Assembly (NCBI GenBank): GCA_964016885.1
Contig: OZ024756.1
Location: forward strand, 26,784,001-26,848,000
DNA: 64,000 nt
Direction: 5' to 3'
Origin: Eledone cirrhosa
Lineage: Eukaryota
In this document: in pieces, positions 55,712 through 64,000 of the stretch
How positions within the stretch are numbered: position 1 is the first letter of the stretch
Layout of the letters: every line of letters starts with the position of its first letter
The notes under the pieces: generated by a model
The model's input: the letters and a program-made list of their open reading frames with translations, nothing else
Database searches by the model: none
Told to the model about the DNA's origin: nothing
Program-made: the position numbers and the translations under genes

Positions 55712-56294
55712 AGAGAAAATTGAGGTTGGTAATGGCACATGGAATATATAAGAGACAGAATACTTTTTTGTGAAAAAACATAATTTTATAAGGTAAGGAA
55801 ATAATAAAGGGTATAAAAAATGACCGGTTTCGATGGGTCTGCAAAAGCCATCTTTTCAAATGTTGATTAATATTAAGAAAAATTAATAATACGAAGAGTT
55901 AAAATTTGAGATTTGAAAATTCAAGTATAAAATTCATTGTGGGATTTCATAGCAGTTTTCATCTAGGTAGCAACAACAGGTTGACTGCTGTGTCCCTTAC
56001 TACCAGAAAGGGACACAGCAGTCAACCTGTTGTTGCTACCTAGATGAAAACTGCTATGAAATCCCACAATGAATTTTATACTTGAATTTTCAAATCTCAA
56101 ATTTTAACTCTTCGTATTATTAATTTTTCTTAATATTAATCAACATTTGAAAAGATGGCTTTTGCAGACCCATCGAAACCGGTCATTTTTTATACCCTTT
56201 ATTATTTCCTTACCTTATAAAATTATGTTTTTTCACAAAAAAGTATTCTGTCTCTTATATATTCCATGTGCCATTACCAACCTCAATTTTCTCT
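55712..56294. repeat. Near-perfect 583-bp palindrome (287-bp arms, 9-nt loop)
   Basis: Arms 55712-55998 and 56008-56294 are reverse complements. Confidence 0.95.
56143..56190 (+). ncRNA. Degenerate hammerhead motif (also mirrored on - strand at ~55816-55863)
   Basis: UUGAAAA (decayed CUGAAGA)-GAUGG...CCAUC-GAAAC-CG-GUC. Confidence 0.5.
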
Positions 56295-56325
56295 ATAACC
56301 TTCGTTTTGTGTAGAAAATTACACT

Positions 56326-56373
<48 letters not shown>

Positions 56374-56375
56374 GC

Positions 56376-56406
<31 letters not shown>

Positions 56407-56885
56407 TATCTATGTACATAAAGGAAGACCACTGGGTAGTAAAGAAGTGCCAAGAAATCCCAGTGGAAGGAAGATGCAGTAGAGGAAGACCAGGAAGATC
56501 ATGGCCAGAGGTTGTGAGGGCTACCTCTGATCACTGAAGCTCACAAAGGAGATGACGAAGGACCGTGACAAGTGAAGAGATGCTGTGCTGAATAGGACCG
56601 TCCCACCCTTGCAAGCAGGGAGAAGCGGCCGTAAAATGATGATGATGATAATGATGATGATGATGATATGTGTATGCGTGTGTGTGTAACATACAATTTA
56701 GAGTGGGTTTAAAATATCTAATCAATTAAAATTACAGAAAAATTTAATGTTAATGTTTTGTCATGTCACTTTCCTCACATTTGTACATTATTCTATGTAC
56801 TATAAATGCACCTTTGATGAGATGTAGTGCACCTGAGCACTGTACACAATAATTTTCATTATTTCATTATTATAATGGTGTTTAC

Positions 56886-57011
56886 CTTCGTACGCTTTTA
56901 TTGCCCCACCTGTAATTATAACCAACAGAGCAAGAATCTTTGTGGCAGACAGGTAGACTTGTATCTTGGAGACTAGCTTCTTACAGAAACAGTTGAGAAA
57001 TGCCAGGAGTA
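56886..57011 (-). CDS. SLC7 exon 2 (ILLAFLNCFCKKLVSKIQVYLSATKILALLVIITGG...)
   Basis: tttcAG and GTAAAC; 126 nt; TM4-5 with the conserved LNC and K..AL motifs. Confidence 0.9.
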
Positions 57012-58002
57012 CTGAAAGTAGATAATTAAGGTATAGAGGTATTGTGAAAGGTTATATGTTATACAGAGATCTCAAGCAGGGAAAAGCAGACGTAAAATAA
57101 TTGTTTCTACTTTAGGCACAAGGCCAGCAATTGCCCAGTGCATTACTGGTACTTTATTTTATCGACCCCAATGATATATATATATAATTATATGTATATA
57201 TAATATATGTATATAAAATTATATGTATATATATATATATATATATAACCAAAAGTTAAACAAGGTTCATTGATTAATCAATGAATATAGTTTTACAATA
57301 GATTAGAAGCACTCAACAAGTAAGTTTTCTGGAGTTATTAATATTAATTCAAAATATTAATAAATATAGACATTCAACGTAATCAAAATATAAATAAATT
57401 CAAGGTGAAAGACTAATTCTCACCAATATCTCTCACTATTGCATTCTTTTTCTATGTCCATATCTGCATTGTCTTGGCCTTATTACACATATTCTAACGT
57501 TTATTTTATTATATATATTTCGGAGGTACTGTGCTGTTTTTTCAGCACGTCCTCATCAGATAAAATATATAAGTTGATGTATGACATACCTCAACTGTGC
57601 TGATGGTTCAATTCCAGTCTTGGCAGTAATATATATATATATATATACACACATATATATACACACATACACACACACACACACATATATATATGTACTT
57701 AAATATTTATATACATACATGCATACATACTTACACATATACATACATTCATACATAAATAAAAGGGTTAGCTGAAAAGCTCATAGACTGACTATGAAGG
57801 AGTGATGCTAGAGCTGTGAAATCTTGGATGTATTAATTTCACCTTTTCTCATTAATAACTGTATTTGTTTCTTTCTAGGGAATATGTTGAAAAATAAACC
57901 TCATTTGGTCATTCCTCGAGAGTATCTTGGTCAGCCTATGAACTTTCAGCTTATGAACTTTTCAGCTGACCCTTCTATATTTGGAATGAACATGAAACTC
58001 AC

Positions 58003-58612
58003 TGATTAAAATGGCTGCTAAGAGTTTTACAAGTCCATCGGGCGGTGGGCAGTCAGGGAAGACAGGTTTGATTCCATACATGGCAGCTGTGTAGCCAAGA
58101 AAAGACCAGAAGGGTCCAGTTGATAGCATCATATAACTCCAAAGCATCATAAAGCCAGCTAAGGGCCCACAAGCTGCCCTCACATAAGAATAGGTGCCAC
58201 CAGCTTCATCTAGGGATGTGCCAAACTCTACAAAAATGAGAGCTTGCATCCAGTTTATGATACCACCAAAGAGCCATATGACCAGAGACAGACCTAATGC
58301 TCCTGTGTTCTCAAGAATTGAGGATGGTGTTATGAAAATGGCTGTGTGGCCAGTCACAGCAATTAAGCTGGCAGTTACTTGCATCAAAGAAATGGATTTT
58401 TTCATTTGCATGGACATTTTTCTCTTGGTGAGTCGCTCCACCAAGGACTTCCTGCGCCCTGGAAGAGGCCGTCCTTTTGTTGCTTGTGGTTCTGTGTCAT
58501 CAAGCATTGGTGAAAAGACTTGGTCGTCTTCACATTTGTTGTTGGTATGTAAGGAATCTGATTCTCTCATCTGTTCTGAATGACCACGGGAAGTCTTTCG
58601 AGTTTTCCCCAT
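58003..58612 (-). CDS. SLC7 (LAT/y+LAT/xCT-like) amino-acid transporter, coding exon 1
   Basis: MKKSISL...AIFITPSSIL..G.GLSLVIWLFGG...EFGTSLDEAGGTYSYV...FPDCPPP; donor GTGAGT, phase 1; upstream acceptor cacAG at 58622-23. Confidence 0.92.
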
Positions 58613-60023
58613 TTTGCAATTCTGTGAAAAAATGAGAGTAAAAAATACATTTTATATAAAATGTCTCAAGAAAATTTTCTCTTTTGTTGGTGCCTTTTAA
58701 AAAATATTCTACACTAGAAGGGGCTAACCTGTTTTCTATTATTTACTATGTGCTCCCTTCAGTAGGAAGGGCCAGACAATTGTATATTATTTATTATGTG
58801 ATCTCTACACTAGAAGGGGCTAACTTATTTTTTATTATTTACTATGTGGTCCCTTCAGTACATGGGGCCAGACAATTGTATATTATTTATTATAAGGTCT
58901 AGAAAGGTATGCTATGGTCCCATAACTCCTGATGGGCATTTTAAAACCTGGCAGAGCCGATGTCTCTCCAGGCTTGAGTATAGCAAATTTCTTTCAGAGA
59001 AGGATAGAAAGTGAGAGAGAGGAAGTGTGAAAGATATATATATATATACATACATACATACATACATACATATATTTGTATAAGTACAAACACACACACA
59101 CACATATATATATATGAATGACGAATGTCTTTCAATGTAGGATTTCCTATATTCCATTTTATTTAGATGTTACCACTTTATCCTTCGTTCATTCCCCCCT
59201 ACCTTCCCTCTTTCCTTTTTTTCCATTATTTCTTCCTTCCTCCTTCTCTCCCTCCTTCCTCCCCATTTACTTCCTTCTTTTCTACCTTCCTTCCATTCTT
59301 TCTTCCTATAAAGACGTCTGCCAAAACCTGACAAACAGTAATTATATTCAGACTTGATTATTGGCATAGTAGAGCAGGCAGGATATATTACTCACATTGT
59401 CTCTTTCACACACACACACACACACACACATGTATCATCATCATCATCATCATCATTTAATGTCTGCTTTCACTGCTAGCAAGGGTTAGAAGGGTCTTCA
59501 CAGACAAAGACAGTACTGAAGTGGGGTTACTAACTTCCCAGACAGGCTTGGAGGGGATTTCATCTTGCTTACATACAGTTCCACACTCTACCGAGTGAAT
59601 TTTTATCATGCACAAGAGGGGTTGTCATGTCTTTGACACTACGAAAGGGTCCTCTCAACCCTTTGTTTAGCAAGATTTCTATGGCTGGATGCCCTTCTTA
59701 TAACCAACCACTTTACAGCATGTACTGGGTGAATTTATTGTGTAGATCACCAACACTAGAGAGACTCATGTTTTTGACGTGACTGAAGGGTCCTCCCATC
59801 CCTATTTATATTTATATACATATATGTACTCACCTCCATTCATGTCCAAAGAAGACCATTACACATCATTATTATCATCATCTTTTTTATGTTTACATTT
59901 CCATGCAGGCATGGGTTGGATGGGACATTCTGAGGCATGGTTTTATGGCTGAATGCCCTTCCAGACACTAATCCTTATAGTAGCTTATTATAGCACTCAA
60001 CGATATAGCGGTGTACATAAAAA

Positions 60024-60083
<60 letters not shown>

Positions 60084-60756
60084 TGTGTATATATATATAT
60101 ATGTATATATCTCTCTCACATTCTATCCTTCTCTGGAAGAAATCTTTTTTATTCAGACCTGGAGAGGAGATGGGCTCAGCCAGGCTTAAAATGTCCTAGA
60201 GGTGGCATATTCACTCCAACACGTCTACAACTCCATTAGGAGTTACAGGACCAAGTATGCATGCGTGTATATATATGTGTGTGTGTGTGTGCATATTACT
60301 ACAGACATAAAAATATTATATAATCTGTGTGTGTGTGTGTGTGTAAAACAAATACGTACATGTGGATCATAAAAGATTCATTTTAAACATAAAAAAAAAA
60401 CCACACAGAAAATCCTGTTATATATAGTTTTTATTTACTTCTAAATTATTGCACTTTTGAAGCCTGACCATTGACCCAATTTCATTGCATGGAACCAAGG
60501 ACAAGACCACAAGAGTGGGCCAAAACTTGTTGACCCTTCATAATAGACAGTACTAGTAAGGAACAAACATGTGTGTTTTTTAAATTGATAAATTGTCTCT
60601 TCCACAATGTAACTATTTCCATTTCTATACATGGCCATGGATCAAGCGTTACCTCTTTCCAAACAACTATAACACACACACATACACACATACACACACA
60701 CATATATATGTGTATGTATGTATATATAAATATATATATATATGTGGGCATATATA

Positions 60757-60801
<45 letters not shown>

Positions 60802-60976
60802 CAAAGGAATTATGGTAAGGAACCAACCAGATGGACCATAACGCACCAGAGTACTCAATACTTAGTGTAGTAGAGTGGGAAATAGGAAAAAGTATGACCC
60901 CCATGGCAGAGCTCAAGTTCGTCCAGAAATAGCCGTCGAAACGGCTTGAGCTCTCCCGTCAGGGTCATACTTTTTC

Positions 60977-61016
<40 letters not shown>

Positions 61017-61089
61017 TATATACATATATATATACATATATATATATGTGTATGTATATAGGGTATCCCCAAAAATATATACACATATT

Positions 61090-61270
61090 TGACCCTTTCT
61101 CTAATCAATTGCGCTAATATTCTCTCTGCCAATTTCATAACCTGATCCATCAGCTTTATGCCCCTATAATTGCTCCTCTCTAGAGCATCATCTTTACCTT
61201 TGTAGCAATTTATGAGAATACTGCTGCACCAGTCTTTGGGTATGACACCACCATGTATAGCTTGATTAAT
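61090..61270 (-). mobile_element. RTE-clade reverse-transcriptase fragment
   Basis: IPKDWCSSILINCYKGKDDALERSNYRGIKL...KLAERIL, the start of the RT domain. Confidence 0.85.
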
Positions 61271-61835
61271 ATATATATGTGTGTGTATGTATGTGTGTAT
61301 GTGTGTGTCTACATAGTTTAAAAAAAGAAAAACAAACATAAAAACAACATCGGGTAGCAGAATAATAATTAACGACTAAAACAAATACAAAATGATATTG
61401 TTAAAGTCACTAGACATTGAAGATTCTGATACAGGGGCGATAACTCTCAATTACTAACATCATTAGTTTACATAGACTAAAGACGATGCCGGTTGTCGAG
61501 ATTATTGTTTAGCACTAGTCAGCCCTGGTCGAATATAAACACCATTAAAGGCATGACAATCGCTTCCATCACAATTTGAGAGGTAGGGAAGGGATATCTA
61601 GAACTACACGAATCAAAATGTCGTTCTCACTGTTAAAATGCTTGGGTGTGATTTGAAGCAAATGTAGCTACTATTTCTAGAAATAGCAGCTAAGATAAAG
61701 GTCCAAAGAGAGGCACAACAAAGAAGAAAGGATTTCTAGAACTAAACAAAATGTTTCTAATAAGTTAATTTAAATGGTGAAAGATTGTGTAGAGAATGTC
61801 CAATGCTATGCCAATTATATATAAGAGGCAATCTG

Positions 61836-61879
<44 letters not shown>

Positions 61880-61895
61880 TTAATATAGATGAGAT

Positions 61896-61936
61896 TCTAC
61901 AGGACTAGAACTGTTTCATTCATTAGAAATCATCAG
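61896..61936 (-). ncRNA. Hammerhead core with the stem I 5' strand lost at an inversion junction
   Basis: CUGAUGA-U UUC UAAU GAA U-GAAAC-AGUUCUA-GUC-CUGUAGAA; related 3' halves at 6748-6778 and 15575-15640. Confidence 0.6.
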
Positions 61937-62048
61937 GAATGAAACAGTTCTAGTCCTGTAGAATCTCATCTATATTAAAACTTTTATACTCTGCTATGTA
62001 TTGAGTACCTTACTTACTGTGGTTACCTCCGATTCAACCCGGAATAAC

Positions 62049-62084
<36 letters not shown>

Positions 62085-62142
62085 TATGTCTATTCTTATA
62101 TCTACCCTTTATATAAACTACCGATAAAGATTCTAACTTCAG

Positions 62143-62266
62143 TGTTTCCGAAGAAGACGGTATAATCAAATTCATATATTATGTATGATAGTATACAGTT
62201 CTATAACTGTTATAGATCAGTCAATATATCGATATGATCAATCAACTCCGAAACGATCGTAAAGCA
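62143..62266 (+). ncRNA. Type I hammerhead motif, CCGAAGA variant, ~95-nt stem II
   Basis: UGUUU-CCGAAGA-...-GAAAC-GAUC-GUA-AAGCA; palindromic ACGAUCGU stem III. Confidence 0.62.
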
Positions 62267-62372
62267 ATGAATGAGATATGTAAAATAACTCGCCTTTGTT
62301 ATCATTGTTAAAAGAACGATTATATAATATAATATAATATGATATATATATAATTATATGTGTGTGTCTGTC

Positions 62373-62442
<70 letters not shown>

Positions 62443-63154
62443 TACATATATACATATATATATACATATATACATATATATATATACATATATATATATA
62501 CATTTATATATATTTTTATGTATATATACATATAACGGTGTGTTATTTCACAAATGTCATATTTGATAAAACTAAAATTCATTTAATGTAGCAATCATAA
62601 ACATATTTCTTTTAAATATAACGCCTGTGCCATTTTACTTTGTACTCCTTATATATATATGTGTGTGTCTGTGTGTGTGTGTCTCTGTGTGTGTGTGTGT
62701 ATACATAGTTTCAAATAAACAATAATATTTACAACATTCTTTGTGTTTTCTTTTGAGGCCATATTTTACAGAGTGGAAAACTCGAAATGTTGGAAGTGAA
62801 AGAGAGATGTAAATTGTTCAAGGTGTGGAGAGAGGGTATGAGATATATGGAGAGGTTGTCGAATATGGAGAATTAATGGGTTTGTAACATAGAGAACATA
62901 TTCAGTTTTTTAGAAAGGCAGAAGAAAAATTAGCTGAAGAAGTTGAGGAAGTATTAAGGAAAATAAAGTGGAGAAAAGCAGGAGAGTTGACAGGAGTCGT
63001 AGGAGATATCTTAAAGGGCAGCAAGAAATTTGCATGGGAAGAAGGAAAATGACAGAGATCTGTAGGTTGATGGTGAAACAATTCCCTAATTCCTCTAGAG
63101 GAAAGCAATCCTCTAGAATTTGCCTAAGTATACAGACTTTAGGGATAGGGACAA

Positions 63155-63200
<46 letters not shown>

Positions 63201-63202
63201 AT

Positions 63203-63299
<97 letters not shown>

Positions 63300-63448
63300 A
63301 TTATTTCTGAAGACGGCGTATATGTGTGTTTGGTATGTATATTTAATCTTGATAGTTTGTATAATTTTGTATAATTTTGTACATAGATCTGTTGAATATG
63401 CATGCCAATTCTAACACATATATATCCTAGAAACGATCGTTAAATAAT
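63300..63448 (+). ncRNA. Type I hammerhead motif, ~116-nt stem II
   Basis: AUUAUUU-CUGAAGA-[UAUAUGUGU..UUGGUAUGUAUAUUUAA...UUGAAUAUGCAUGCCAA..ACACAUAUA]-GAAAC-GAUC-GUU-AAAUAAU. Confidence 0.78.
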
Positions 63449-63645
63449 GAACTTTTTTTGTTTAATATAAGGAACTGTTTCATTGTTTTATTCATTATTT
63501 GTTTAATATTTTATCTTGACTCTGTATACCGTTTATCTTTCACCGAAAGTGATTTTTCATTACATCTCTTCTTTCCATGATATCCGGAATACATTGAGTT
63601 CTTCATACGGATTGGACACTACCGTAAACTCTTGGTAGATTTATC

Positions 63646-63680
<35 letters not shown>

Positions 63681-63738
63681 AAAACGTGCTGCGGCGTTGC
63701 TAAAGGGTTACATATAAATAAAGTTAGTCCTTACTTTA

Positions 63739-63844
<106 letters not shown>

Positions 63845-64000
63845 CAATAATAAATATAAAGACCAAATATATATATATATACTATATACTTGTAGACAAA
63901 ATATTTATTATTACCACAGATTAAATGTTTAAGTAAACAATTATTTCTGCTTTCCTCCTAAAGTGGGATCTTCAGAAGATCTTGCTTCAGAGTGAAAGCA

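Noticed and set aside
58194-58583. 129-aa + strand ORF
   Set aside because: Antisense shadow of SLC7 exon 1.
62800-63157. Penelope ORF remnant upstream of the 63300 ribozyme
   Set aside because: The purine bias is suggestive, but no recognisable RT or GIY-YIG motif can be read.
63935-63985. Possible - strand hammerhead (CUGAAGA-UCC...GGA-G-GAAAGC)
   Set aside because: No U16.1/NUH site and stem I is unconvincing; it is at the window edge.

Overview
AT-rich, microsatellite-dense eukaryotic DNA whose SINE and LINE repertoire looks like an octopus (cephalopod) genome; the species call is an inference. Two convergent intron-containing genes can be built with consistent GT-AG splice phases: a neutral sphingomyelinase of the SMPD3/SMPD5 type (+, 6 coding exons, 16338-31169, 521 aa) and an SLC7/LAT-type amino-acid transporter light chain (-, 10 coding exons, 58612-41994, 528 aa) with an unusual TM1 motif. 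The rest is tRNA-derived SINEs, RTE and R4/Dong-like LINE remnants, TTAA-flanked piggyBac-like MITEs, mariner-like MITEs, non-autonomous Helitrons and satellites. The most striking signal is more than a dozen type I hammerhead ribozyme motifs (stem I - CUGANGA/CCGANGA - stem II - GAAA - palindromic stem III - NUH - stem I'). They lie in short, sequence-diverse, often fold-back elements inserted in (TA)n tracts that share a terminal TTGAGT(G/A)CT box, consistent with Penelope-like or retrozyme-like miniature retroelements. Two satellites, including a ~70-copy 24/25-bp array in the SLC7 intron, appear to be amplified from hammerhead halves. Almost all ORFs in the supplied track are microsatellite artefacts. 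Ribozyme folds were derived by eye and have not been tested.
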